A program made the translations under genes and the position numbers. Below the pieces are notes generated by a model. It worked only from the letters and a program-made list of their open reading frames with translations. It made no database searches and was not told the origin of the DNA. This document shows, one piece after another, positions 1-9,297 of a stretch of 28,163 bases of DNA. The number at the start of each line of letters is the position of its first letter. Position 1 is the first letter of the stretch. Location of the stretch: IMG/VR virus record IMGVR_UViG_3300034341_000115, positions 1 through 28,163 of that record; one strand, written 5' to 3'. Source of the DNA: a virus (Duplodnaviria; Caudoviricetes).

Positions 1-615
1 TACGACCAAGTGGACGGCTTTGTGGAGACTTGGTATGACCAGTCAGGTAACGGCATCGACTTGTCTCAGTCGGTATCCAGCCGTCAACCACTCATTGTTA
101 ATGCAGGCACTCTAGTCACAAATCCAGAAGGCTCTCCCTCCATAGAGTGCGAGTCGACTGGTCATTGGCTAGAATCTGCTGGCAATAACACAGTAGGCCC
201 TGACTTTTCCATTTACGCAGTATGGACAACTCCCCCTGCTCTTTCGACTTTGTTGGGATATAATAACAACCAACATATGATTAGGATTTCAGACGACAGA
301 TTCAAAGTGAGAATAAGTAACACTTTCACTCCTTATCTTGAATTTACTGAATTAACAGTGGGAGAAACCACTTTAGTTAACATTAACAAACATAGTGATA
401 CTATTAGTGGAAACTTTAATAGCACCATATCCTCGGAAACCGATACTTTAAGTGGCACTTTTGGTTGGAATCGTATTTTTAATAGGTCTGGAACGGGAGC
501 TTCTTACAATGATTATCAAGGAAAAGCATCTGAGCTAATCATCTACCCCTCCGACCAGTCAGCCAACCGTCCCGCCATCGAAGCTAACATTAACAATCAA
601 TACGACATTTACTAA
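1..615 (+). CDS. Virion-associated protein with a concanavalin/LamG-like beta-sandwich (5'-truncated by window edge)
   Basis: Frame is open from base 1. Contains a WYDQSGNG...Q...QP motif and a beta-rich, Asn/Ser/Thr-rich sequence typical of LamG/arabinofuranosidase-B-like domains in phage fibre or decoration proteins. Confidence 0.5.
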   Translation, partial: YDQVDGFVETWYDQSGNGIDLSQSVSSRQPLIVNAGTLVTNPEGSPSIECESTGHWLESAGNNTVGPDFSIYAVWTTPPALSTLLGYNNNQHMIRISDDRFKVRISNTFTPYLEFTELTVGETTLVNINKHSDTISGNFNSTISSETDTLSGTFGWNRIFNRSGTGASYNDYQGKASELIIYPSDQSANRPAIEANINNQYDIY

Positions 616-845
616 TGTACCTAATATACGAAACTGAACAGGACGCTTGTGAACGTGCTGACGAAGAAGGCAAGTACCAAGGATTCTCCTACTGGACTGA
701 AGGCAAAGGCACACGCTGGTTGACTAAGCCAGTACCTACTGCTGACGGCAAGTGGGCATTGGATGTCTCCGAGTACGAGCTGGACGGTCTTGAAGAATCA
801 ACGACTGTCGATACCTATACACCCCTAGAAGTAGAAGAGGACTAA
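615..845 (+). CDS. Small acidic hypothetical protein
   Basis: 76-aa ORF coupled to the upstream gene (TAATG overlap); ends 7 bp before the portal gene. Confidence 0.7.
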   Translation: MYLIYETEQDACERADEEGKYQGFSYWTEGKGTRWLTKPVPTADGKWALDVSEYELDGLEESTTVDTYTPLEVEED

Positions 846-852
846 TAATTTT

Positions 853-2400
853 ATGAGCAAACAATCAGCCCAATCCTTATATCAATCCCTTGAAGGTAAA
901 CGATACACCTACTTGGACAGGGCTAGAAAAGCTGCAAAACTTACACTTCCATACGTCATGCCAGATGAGGGCTTCGGTTCTCACAGTCGTTTGGATACAC
1001 CATTTCAGGGCGTTGGGGCAAGAGGAGTAAACAACCTCGCTTCTAAATTACTGTTGGCACTCCTACCTCCCAACGCCCCCTTCTTTCGTTTAAAGATTGA
1101 CGAGTATCAGTTACGTGCTGAAGGCGCACCTGATGAACTCATCACTGAGATAGAGTCCTCTCTTCAACAAGTAGAGGAAGCCGTGATGGATGAGATCAGT
1201 GGCAACACTTATCGCACAGGTATTCACGAAGCTCTTAAACATCTTATCATTACAGGCAACGCCCTTATATATCTGCCAGACGAGGCAGGTCTACGTGTGT
1301 TCCACCTTGATCGTTTCTGTGTAGAGCGTGATGCGATGGGCAACGTCCTTTATATATGCACCAAAGAAGACCTATCTTATATGTCACTGACAGAAGAGAT
1401 GAAGAGTCTTGCTGGTGTGCAGAGCATGGAGTCTCCTGATGAAGAGATTTGCTTATACACTGCTGTGTGCCGTAAAGCAGACAAGTGGCATGTGTGGCAA
1501 GAGATTAATGGAGAGGTGATTCCTTCCTCTGAAGGCTCGTATCCATTAGATAAGAATCCTTTCATACCTCTACGGTTCTCCCGTATTGACGGAGAAGACT
1601 ACGGTAGAGGATACGTAGAAGAATACTTAGGTGACTTGCAGTCCCTTGAAGGACTGACACGTGCGCTCGTTGAAGGTAGCGCAGCAGCAGCTAAGGTATT
1701 GTTCCTTGTTAACCCTAATGGCACAACCAGAGCAAAGACTCTAGCTGAGTCTGCTAATGGTTCTATTACACAAGGTAATGCGCAGGACGTATCGGTTCTC
1801 CAGTTAAACAAGTTCAATGACTTCCGAGTTGTGCAAGAGAGCATGGCTAAGATTGAAGAGCGTATGGGACATGCGTTCCTACTTACATCAGGAGTTGTTC
1901 GTAATGCAGAGCGTGTGACAGCTGAAGAGATTCGCATGCTCGGACAAGAGCTAGAGTCTGCTATCGGTGGTCTCTACTCTCTACTAAGCACTGAGATGCA
2001 GTTACCTATGGTCAATCGTTTAATGACCATCATGAACAAGAAGAAGTCTCTTCCTAAGTTACCTGATAATGTAGTGAGTCCTGTCATCATCACTGGTGTG
2101 GAAGCACTAGGTAGAGGCAACGACCTACAGAAGCTTGATATGTTCCTAGCAGGAGCAGCTCAGGTTGTGGGTCCAGAAGCCGTTCAACAATTCATTAACG
2201 TAGAAGAATACTTTAAACGCAGAGCAACATCGCTCGGCATTAAAACAAGCGGTCTAGTTAAAGACCAAGAGCAAATGCAGGCAGAAGCCCAGCAAGCTCA
2301 ACAAATGCAAATGGCAGAGAAACTTGGACCAGCAGGTATCAAGGCTATGTCAGAAGAAGCAAAACTACAACAACAACCTATAGAGCGAGGAGAACAGTAA
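853..2400 (+). CDS. Head-to-tail connector (portal), T7 gp8-like
   Basis: 515 aa with GARGVNNLASKLLLALLPP, GEDYGRGYVEEYLGDL and RVTAEEIR motifs of T7-like portals; precedes scaffold and capsid. Confidence 0.95.
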   Translation: MSKQSAQSLYQSLEGKRYTYLDRARKAAKLTLPYVMPDEGFGSHSRLDTPFQGVGARGVNNLASKLLLALLPPNAPFFRLKIDEYQLRAEGAPDELITEIESSLQQVEEAVMDEISGNTYRTGIHEALKHLIITGNALIYLPDEAGLRVFHLDRFCVERDAMGNVLYICTKEDLSYMSLTEEMKSLAGVQSMESPDEEICLYTAVCRKADKWHVWQEINGEVIPSSEGSYPLDKNPFIPLRFSRIDGEDYGRGYVEEYLGDLQSLEGLTRALVEGSAAAAKVLFLVNPNGTTRAKTLAESANGSITQGNAQDVSVLQLNKFNDFRVVQESMAKIEERMGHAFLLTSGVVRNAERVTAEEIRMLGQELESAIGGLYSLLSTEMQLPMVNRLMTIMNKKKSLPKLPDNVVSPVIITGVEALGRGNDLQKLDMFLAGAAQVVGPEAVQQFINVEEYFKRRATSLGIKTSGLVKDQEQMQAEAQQAQQMQMAEKLGPAGIKAMSEEAKLQQQPIERGEQ

Positions 2401-2403
2401 ACT

Positions 2404-3210
2404 ATGGCTAATTATCAGTCAGTAACAGTAAGCGAGAATACTAACGAAGAGAATATTTCTCTTGAGAAGCAAGCAGCTATGCAAGAAGAAGCTGCTCAAC
2501 AACGGGGTCAGACTATAGAGTCTAGTGCTGACGAAGGTAAACAAGAAGTCGAAGAGACTTCAGAACGTCCTGAGTGGCTTGATGAGAAGTTTGAAAGCCC
2601 TGAAGATTTAGCTAAGGCTTATAAAGAGCTACAGCAGAAGCAATCCAAGAAGGAGACACCAAAAGACGAAAAGAAAGAAGACGAATCAACTGAGGAACCA
2701 GTCAATACAAGCACCAGCCAAGCTGTGCAAAAAGCCACAGAAGAGTTTACGGAGACTGGTAAGCTCTCTGACAAAGCTTTCATTGAACTTGATAAGGCAG
2801 GCATCCCACGAGAAATGGTTGAGCAATACATCCAAGGACAACAAGCTATCTCGACAGCGTCAGCTCTAGAGATTCAAGAGTCTATTGGTGGCAACGCAAA
2901 CTATGCAGCCATGAGTGAGTGGGCTGGAGAGAACCTTGCAGATTCGGATCTAGAAGCCTATAATGCAATCGTAGAGAGAGGCACTGTTGAACAAGCACGT
3001 GTTGCTGTCAAAGGTATGTACGCTCAGTTCTTAGCAGCTGGTGGTAAGGCTCCCAACCTTGCTCAAGGTGCTACCTCTGGCGCAGCTGGTGCCAAGGCAT
3101 TTGGTTCTGCTGCTTCTATGGTCGAAGCTATGCAAGACCCAAGGTACAAAAGCGACCCTGCATATCGTGAACAAGTTGAGAAGCGTATCGCTGTCTCGAA
3201 TGCCTTTTAA
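2404..3210 (+). CDS. Capsid assembly scaffolding protein, T7 gp9-like
   Basis: Acidic 268 aa with RPEWLDEKF...DLAKAYKEL and C-terminal AMQDPRY..DPAYREQVEKRI; lies between portal and capsid. Confidence 0.9.
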   Translation: MANYQSVTVSENTNEENISLEKQAAMQEEAAQQRGQTIESSADEGKQEVEETSERPEWLDEKFESPEDLAKAYKELQQKQSKKETPKDEKKEDESTEEPVNTSTSQAVQKATEEFTETGKLSDKAFIELDKAGIPREMVEQYIQGQQAISTASALEIQESIGGNANYAAMSEWAGENLADSDLEAYNAIVERGTVEQARVAVKGMYAQFLAAGGKAPNLAQGATSGAAGAKAFGSAASMVEAMQDPRYKSDPAYREQVEKRIAVSNAF

Positions 3211-3228
3211 CAATAACTGGAATATAAT

Positions 3229-3417
3229 ATGAAAGAAATCATTACCTATCTTATCTCTAATGCAGACAATCTGCTTGCTGTTGCTACGGCTATCGTAGCT
3301 GCTGCTTCTGCTATTGCTGCACTAACCCCAACTCCCAAAGACAACGACCTTGCCGCTAAGGCTTATAAGGTCTTGGACTGGCTGGCACTTAACATCGGTA
3401 AAGCTAAAGACAAGTGA
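3229..3417 (+). CDS. Small membrane protein, putative holin-like
   Basis: 62 aa with hydrophobic stretch LLAVATAIVAAASAIAAL, then TPTPKDN and a basic C-terminus. Confidence 0.5.
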   Translation: MKEIITYLISNADNLLAVATAIVAAASAIAALTPTPKDNDLAAKAYKVLDWLALNIGKAKDK

Positions 3418-3581
3418 TTACCACAATCGTTCAATTACTAATAGCGTTCCCAAAACTGGGTGCGCTATTTTTAAAGATACGTACTGAATATGTTAAAGAA
3501 CTTGCTACTCGTCGTCATAATGAACACAGCACTCGTATTAATGAGTGGGTGCGTGACACTAAGGGAAAGCAGGATTCCTGA
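3414..3581 (+). CDS. Putative inner-membrane spanin-like (Rz-like) protein, not in ORF track
   Basis: GTG start overlaps the upstream stop (GTGA). 55 aa, MITTIVQLLIAFPKLGALFLKIRTEYVKELATRRHNEHSTRINEWVRDTKGKQDS, with hydrophobic N-terminus and charged helical tail; overlaps the lipoprotein ORF in another frame. Confidence 0.45.
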   Translation: MITTIVQLLIAFPKLGALFLKIRTEYVKELATRRHNEHSTRINEWVRDTKGKQDS

Positions 3582-3684
3582 GTTCATTGATAAACTAGAC
3601 CAGCACGAGTTTAGTTTAGATGAACGGGAAACTATCGGCACGATACTAGATTACGTAAACGATCTAGAAAACGATGTTCGATAA
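3490..3684 (+). CDS. Putative lipoprotein, outer-membrane spanin-like (Rz1-like)
   Basis: Hydrophobic signal ending in lipobox-like LMSG-C; starts inside the preceding ORF as Rz1 does in Rz (alternative ATG at 3520). Confidence 0.5.
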   Translation: MLKNLLLVVIMNTALVLMSGCVTLRESRIPEFIDKLDQHEFSLDERETIGTILDYVNDLENDVR

Positions 3685-3695
3685 ATAAACAATTT

Positions 3696-3804
3696 CTACT
3701 CTACGTTTAAAGTAGCGACTGAGCCTGATACGTCAGACAACTCATTGATCGTAAAATATACAAGGACTGAAAGACCACAAAATCAACGAGAACATTCTGT
3801 TCTC
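3696..3804 (+). promoter_or_regulatory. Structured 5' leader of the major capsid gene
   Basis: Hairpins CTACT/AGTAG (3696-3715), TGAG-c-CTGA-TACG-TCAG-acaa-CTCA (3720-3744, UNCG-type loop) and GAGAACA-ttc-TGTTCTC (3788-3804) in a 150-bp intergenic gap. Confidence 0.4.
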
Positions 3805-3835
3805 ACTAACTAATAAAAAACAAAAGGAAAATACT

Positions 3836-4873
3836 ATGGCTAACGGAGATTTCTCCCCAACTCGTAGTGGTTTAATTCAAGGTGGGTCTGATGTAGATGC
3901 ACTCTTTCTGAAAGTTTTCTCTGGTGAAATTCTTACGAGTTTCTCTGAGACAAACGTGATGAAAGACCTGCACATGCTTCGCACGATTTCTTCAGGGAAG
4001 TCTGCGCAGTTCCCAGTATCTGGAATTGCTACTGCTAAATATCACACTGTAGGCGAAAACATCGTCGAGTCCGACTCTGGCTACTTGTCCAGCATCGGCA
4101 TGAACGAGAAGATCATCACTATCGATGACGTTCTTGTTTCCTCGACCTTCATCGCTAACATTGACGAACTCAAGAAGCACTACGACGTTCGTAGCATCTA
4201 TGCTGCTGAACTTGGTAAAGCTTTGGCAAAGCGTTTCGACATCGCAACGATGAAGACTCTCTATGCTGCTTCTCAAGACAGTGCTAACCTCAGCAACACT
4301 CCTGCTGGTGCAAGCATCACTGGTGCTACTACCAACACAGCTGCTGGCATCATCGATGCTCTCTACGCTGTTGCTGAAACTCTCGACAAGAACGATGCTC
4401 CAGATGAAGGTCGCTTTGCGATCCTTGCTCCATCAACTTACTACAAGTTGCTGACATCTGACAACGTCGCTATCAACAAGGACACTGGTTCTGGCGGTAA
4501 CGTCAACGCTGGTACTGTTGCAAGCGTTGCTGGTATCAGCCTTGTAAAGAGCAACCATCTTGCAGACATCGCTGACTTGGGTGACCAGTCGGCTGTGGCT
4601 ACTGATGACGGTTCGACAAACAATGACGTATTCGGTGATAATGGTTCTGGTTACAACGGAGACTTCTCTGCGTTGACAACTGGTTCTGGTGCATCTCTTG
4701 AATACGGCATGCTTTGCGGTACTAAGGAAGCTATCGGTACGGTCAAACTTCTTGACCTTGCTACTGAAAGCGAATACCAAATCGAGCGTCAAGGTACGCT
4801 CTTCGTTGCTAAGTACGCAATGGGTCACGGAGTTCTCCGTCCTGAGTGTGCTGTTGCAGTGAAGCCTGCTTAA
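3836..4873 (+). CDS. Major capsid protein, T7 gp10-like
   Basis: ALFLKVFSGEILTSF, RTISSGKSAQFPV, ITIDD and KYAMGHGVLRPE motifs; AAGGA SD-like sequence upstream. Confidence 0.96.
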   Translation: MANGDFSPTRSGLIQGGSDVDALFLKVFSGEILTSFSETNVMKDLHMLRTISSGKSAQFPVSGIATAKYHTVGENIVESDSGYLSSIGMNEKIITIDDVLVSSTFIANIDELKKHYDVRSIYAAELGKALAKRFDIATMKTLYAASQDSANLSNTPAGASITGATTNTAAGIIDALYAVAETLDKNDAPDEGRFAILAPSTYYKLLTSDNVAINKDTGSGGNVNAGTVASVAGISLVKSNHLADIADLGDQSAVATDDGSTNNDVFGDNGSGYNGDFSALTTGSGASLEYGMLCGTKEAIGTVKLLDLATESEYQIERQGTLFVAKYAMGHGVLRPECAVAVKPA

Positions 4874-4882
4874 CGATTACTC

Positions 4883-4917
4883 AAGCCCTGCCCCTCTTCG
4901 GAGGGGTGGGGTTTTTT
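4883..4917 (+). terminator. Intrinsic terminator after capsid (T-phi equivalent)
   Basis: AAGCCCTGCCCCTC-TTCG-GAGGGGTGGGGTTT stem with C(UUCG)G loop, running into a T-tract. Confidence 0.9.
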
Positions 4918-4946
4918 ATTATTACAATTCAAAAGAAAGATAGATA

Positions 4947-5528
4947 ATGGCAACTTTAACTTCTCAACTAGAATCCGTTAATGTGATGCTAGGTCACATT
5001 GGTGAGTCTCCTATCAATACACTCACAGGTTCTTTACCTATTAGTGCTACCACTGCTCTGGCTGCTTTGAATGAAGTAAGCAAAGAGGTTCAATCTGAGG
5101 GCTGGCACTTTAACTCTGAGAAGAATGTCACCTTATCTCCTGTCGATGGAAGCATCACTGTTCCTTCGGACGCTGTTCAAGTAGACACTGATGACAAGTC
5201 ATTGGACATCATACAAAGAGGCTCAGTCTTGTTTGACCGTGCCAACAACACAACAACATTTACAAAGAGTATTAAGGTAAGCCTACTTCGTTTACTTGAT
5301 TGGGACTCTTTACCAGAAGAAGCTCGTAGATACATTACACTACGTGCCTCTAGAATTTTCCAAGGACGGACTGTGGGTTCACGTGAGCTTGAAGCATTGA
5401 TAGCTCGTGATGAATACCAAGCTCGTGCTAGACTTGAAGAGTCTGATTATGGCAGCTCTGATAGAACTATATTTGACAACTACGATGTAGCGACAAGAAT
5501 TGGTGTGAACCGTAACTACGATATTTAA
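4947..5528 (+). CDS. Tail tubular protein A, T7 gp11-like
   Basis: LESVNVMLGHIGESPI, EVQSEGWHFN and LPEEARRYITLRASRIFQ motifs; follows capsid. Confidence 0.92.
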   Translation: MATLTSQLESVNVMLGHIGESPINTLTGSLPISATTALAALNEVSKEVQSEGWHFNSEKNVTLSPVDGSITVPSDAVQVDTDDKSLDIIQRGSVLFDRANNTTTFTKSIKVSLLRLLDWDSLPEEARRYITLRASRIFQGRTVGSRELEALIARDEYQARARLEESDYGSSDRTIFDNYDVATRIGVNRNYDI

Positions 5529-5530
5529 TA

Positions 5531-8230
5531 ATGCCTTTAATCAATACAGCAGTCCCCAACCTTATCCAAGGTGTATCACAACAACCTGACGCTACACGTT
5601 TCGCTGGTCAATGTGAGGAGCAGGAAAACGCTCTTAGCTCTGTTGCAGATGGACTGAAGAAACGCCCTAACACTCGGCACGTTGCTAGGTTACTCCAGAC
5701 AGCTATTGATGAGGACAGCTTTGTTCACTTTATTAATCGTAGTGACACTGAGAAGTATGTAGTTATTCATGACGGAAACTGCATCAAAGCTTGGAATATA
5801 ATCACAGGCAATGAAGCAACCATCAATGGTTCTACTGGTGGTTACACTCCTGCGTCATCAAGTTACCTCGACGTGGTGAATGCTCGCGAGGATATGAAGG
5901 GACTTACGGTTGCTGATAATACGTTTCTGTTAAATACCAAGAAAAGTGTTCAAGCAGATAATACGGACATCTCTGACCCTGTTAATAAAGATGCCTTTGT
6001 GTTTGTTAAACAAGGAGACTACTCTAAGAAATACGCTATAGTTTTTAACGAGAACCAGACAGCAACAGCTTATTATACTTATGGCTTTGCTGGGTGGTAT
6101 CAAGGTCTCAATATCCCTCAGTTTGGAAACACCTTCACAATTTCAGACGGTGGTTCAGGTTATCCATCAAATGCTGATGTATATTGGACGAATTTGAATA
6201 GGTTACCGACTAACTATGTCGTAGGCAGTAAAGATTTATACCTTAAAACAAACAACGCAGGAGTTGTAACAGGGTTTACTTTTCAAGGGACTTACCATCC
6301 AAACAGTTTTAGTTTCCTCTCTATAGGGGGTCCAGCTGCGAGTTATGTCCCTCCTTTGCCTTCTCCATCAGGCGGTTCTGGAGCTTCAATTGGTACAGTG
6401 GACACTACAACTGAGAAAGCTTCTTATAATAGCTCAAGCGGCGAGGGTGCTAGGTCAACTCGTATCATCACCCGTTTATATAATGACGCAAACGGTAACG
6501 CTAATCTTAAAACTTATTTTACATTAGATAGTAAAGGCAACGGCTTGCGGTTTACCTTAAAACCTACAGCATCCTCTCAAGACTTTTATATTAGGACTCA
6601 AGATGACTTGTCTGGGGATGGCTTAGGCTTATTATATAAAGAGACATCCGCTCTCACATCTTTACCTCTAAACTGCCCAAATGAATTTAAGATTAAAATC
6701 ATTGGAGACCCCGAAATTGACCAAGATGATTACTACGTTAAGTTTGTTACAGCTAATGGGAGTGACTGGAGTGAAGGTTCTTGGGAGGAAACGGTTGGCT
6801 TCAATACTATACAAAGCTTTGATGCTTCAACGATGCCTCTTACGTTAGTCAATGATGGTGTAGACTCATTCACTCTTAATGAAGTTTCTTGGGATTCACG
6901 TACCGTAGGAGATGAGGACACCAATCCGATGCCTTCCTTTGTTAATAAGAGTATTAACAACATTGGTCTCTTCAAGAACAGACTAGTAATGCTCTCAGGA
7001 GATAATGTTATCTTCTCTGAAGCGGGTCAGTTCTTTAATTTCTTTAGAAACACCACAACAACCTTGTTGGACTCTGCTCCGATTGATGTGTCTGTTAATT
7101 CTAAACAAGTGACCAATCTAAAGAGTGCCATTGGTTTCCAAGAGAACCTTATTCTGTTCTCTGAGTCTGCTCAGTTCGCACTGAAGGGTGGGGATTTACT
7201 TACACCCAAGACCGTCAGTATTAATCCAATAACTAACTTTGATTATACGTCAGACATTGACCCTTTACCTTTAGGTTCGTACATCTACTACCCGTTCACC
7301 CGTGGAGCCTACACAGGTCTCCGTGAGTTCACTGTAAATGCTAATACGGATGTCTATGACTCTGCTGAGGTGACCGAACACGTTCCTTCCTACATTCCAA
7401 AGAACATTGTGGATATGGCAGGGACATCCTCGGAGGACATCATAGCACTTGTAAGCGGTGATGAGACTAACGCTATCTACATCTACAATTACTTCTGGAA
7501 CAACAATCAGAAAGTCCTTAGTGCTTGGTCGAAGTTTACCTTCACGGGTGAGATACGAGGTATCGAGTTCATCGAGTCTACCCTCTACGCAGTCATTACC
7601 AACAACGGGGAAACCAACCTCGTAGAGATGCCTCTTGAGTCTGGTCTATCGGATAATGCAGGTTATGTTACGCACTTAGACAGTCGAGTGGCTGTCACAG
7701 TAGACAACGGCTCCGATACAATAACCCTGCCGTACACTCCAGAGGACAACTCTGTTGAAGTATACACGACGGACGGACTCAAGCTTAACTGCACTAACTC
7801 TGGAGCTACTGTTACTCTTACACAAGCGGTGTCCTCTGATACAGACGTGTGGGTAGGTATCCCTTACACAATGAAGTATACGTTCTCTGAACAACTCTTC
7901 AAAGCTAAAGCAGGAAACGGAACGAGTCCTAGTAATGCAGCCAAGCTAATGATACGTAATGGCTCTATCTACTTTGCTGACTCGTCTTACTTCAAAGTTA
8001 AAGTCACTCCAGCATTCCGTGATACCTATGAGAACACCTTTACACCTGACGTTGTTGGCTCAACATTAATAGGAAGTTTATACTTAGACAGTGGTTTCTA
8101 TCGTTTCCCTGTGTTAACAAAAGCACAGGACACTAAAATCACTATTGAGAACGATTCAGCTTTGCCATCTAACTTTCAATCGGCAGAGTTTGAATCATTC
8201 ATGCACTCTAGATCATCACGCTATGCGTAA
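5531..8230 (+). CDS. Tail tubular protein B (nozzle), T7 gp12-like
   Basis: N-terminal PNLIQGVSQQPD...GLKKRP, GDEDTNPMPSF and SAWSKF motifs; 899 aa. Confidence 0.92.
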   Translation: MPLINTAVPNLIQGVSQQPDATRFAGQCEEQENALSSVADGLKKRPNTRHVARLLQTAIDEDSFVHFINRSDTEKYVVIHDGNCIKAWNIITGNEATINGSTGGYTPASSSYLDVVNAREDMKGLTVADNTFLLNTKKSVQADNTDISDPVNKDAFVFVKQGDYSKKYAIVFNENQTATAYYTYGFAGWYQGLNIPQFGNTFTISDGGSGYPSNADVYWTNLNRLPTNYVVGSKDLYLKTNNAGVVTGFTFQGTYHPNSFSFLSIGGPAASYVPPLPSPSGGSGASIGTVDTTTEKASYNSSSGEGARSTRIITRLYNDANGNANLKTYFTLDSKGNGLRFTLKPTASSQDFYIRTQDDLSGDGLGLLYKETSALTSLPLNCPNEFKIKIIGDPEIDQDDYYVKFVTANGSDWSEGSWEETVGFNTIQSFDASTMPLTLVNDGVDSFTLNEVSWDSRTVGDEDTNPMPSFVNKSINNIGLFKNRLVMLSGDNVIFSEAGQFFNFFRNTTTTLLDSAPIDVSVNSKQVTNLKSAIGFQENLILFSESAQFALKGGDLLTPKTVSINPITNFDYTSDIDPLPLGSYIYYPFTRGAYTGLREFTVNANTDVYDSAEVTEHVPSYIPKNIVDMAGTSSEDIIALVSGDETNAIYIYNYFWNNNQKVLSAWSKFTFTGEIRGIEFIESTLYAVITNNGETNLVEMPLESGLSDNAGYVTHLDSRVAVTVDNGSDTITLPYTPEDNSVEVYTTDGLKLNCTNSGATVTLTQAVSSDTDVWVGIPYTMKYTFSEQLFKAKAGNGTSPSNAAKLMIRNGSIYFADSSYFKVKVTPAFRDTYENTFTPDVVGSTLIGSLYLDSGFYRFPVLTKAQDTKITIENDSALPSNFQSAEFESFMHSRSSRYA

Positions 8231-8705
8231 GAAAATCTATCAACAAGGTAAGATTTATATGTGTGAGTCCGTTGAGGACGACATCGAAAGTATCTATCCG
8301 TTCATGCGGCAAGTAGATAAGATTGAGTGTGAGTGTATGGGCTTCACTCCGAAGGAAGCTTTGGAGGTAGCTCTAGGTGCTGACACTATTACTTACACAG
8401 TGTTCGATCCGTACGATGTCCCGTTCTGTATGTTCGGAACTGGTTCCCTAAACTACGACGGCGATGGGTACATATGGATGCTGTCAACAGATACAGTGTT
8501 TGATTACAAATACGATTTTATAAGAGGCTCTAAGTTTGTAGTGAACACACTTATAAGCCCATACAAGCAAGCAAAGAACTTTGTTCACCAAGATAATAAA
8601 GCATCCATCACTTGGCTAAAGTGGTGTGGTGCGGAGATGGGGCAAGAGTATAAATTCTCTGACCACCCCTTCTATGAATTTACAATAACTAATAAGGAGA
8701 AATAA
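8223..8705 (+). CDS. T7 gp13-position protein (internal virion protein A / acetyltransferase-like)
   Basis: ATG at 8223 overlaps the end of tail tube B; MRQVDKIEC, IWML and NFVHQDNKASITWLKWCG pattern plus synteny. Confidence 0.7.
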   Translation: MRKKIYQQGKIYMCESVEDDIESIYPFMRQVDKIECECMGFTPKEALEVALGADTITYTVFDPYDVPFCMFGTGSLNYDGDGYIWMLSTDTVFDYKYDFIRGSKFVVNTLISPYKQAKNFVHQDNKASITWLKWCGAEMGQEYKFSDHPFYEFTITNKEK

Positions 8706-8709
8706 TAAT

Positions 8710-9297
8710 ATGTGTCCAGTAACAATAGGAGCAGCTTTTACCGCAGCAGGAGCAACAGCAGCTACGCAAGCTGCCGTAGGTAGTGCTATCCTTTCAACAG
8801 CAATGGGCGGTGCTACTTCTATACTCAGCATCACAGGACAGCAACAAGCAGCTAAGGCGCAGGCTCAAGCACAAGCAAACCAAACTAAAGCAGAGCAACA
8901 ACGTCTTCTCCAACAACAGTCTGCTGAACGTATCAATCAACGTTTCCAAGAAGAGCAGGTCGCTAATCAATTACAGAAGTCCGCTATTAAAGCACGAGAG
9001 GCACGAGCAACGGCACGAGTAAGTGCTGGTGAGGCAGGAGTATCTGGTCTCAGCGTTGATGCTCTAATGAACGACCTGACACGCAAGCAAGCTGTTTACA
9101 GTTACGGACTTACACGACAACTAGAACAATCCAACATCGCTACGGACTTGCGTATGCAAGACAACGCTCTAGGTTCTTCACAACGTCTTCTATCTATCAA
9201 TCAACCTATTAAGCAACCTGATTACCTTGGAGGACTCCTCAAGGGAGCATCTACAGGTCTTAATACTTACGGAACTCTCAGCTCTATTGAATCATAA
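8710..9297 (+). CDS. Internal virion protein, T7 gp14-like
   Basis: MCPV start, Ala/Gly/Gln-rich, AGEAGVSGLSVDAL motif; AAGGAG SD upstream. Confidence 0.85.
   Translation: MCPVTIGAAFTAAGATAATQAAVGSAILSTAMGGATSILSITGQQQAAKAQAQAQANQTKAEQQRLLQQQSAERINQRFQEEQVANQLQKSAIKAREARATARVSAGEAGVSGLSVDALMNDLTRKQAVYSYGLTRQLEQSNIATDLRMQDNALGSSQRLLSINQPIKQPDYLGGLLKGASTGLNTYGTLSSIES

Noticed and set aside
4840-4920. T7 10A/10B-type capsid frameshift extension
   Set aside because: No evident slippery site, and a terminator follows the stop within 10 bp.
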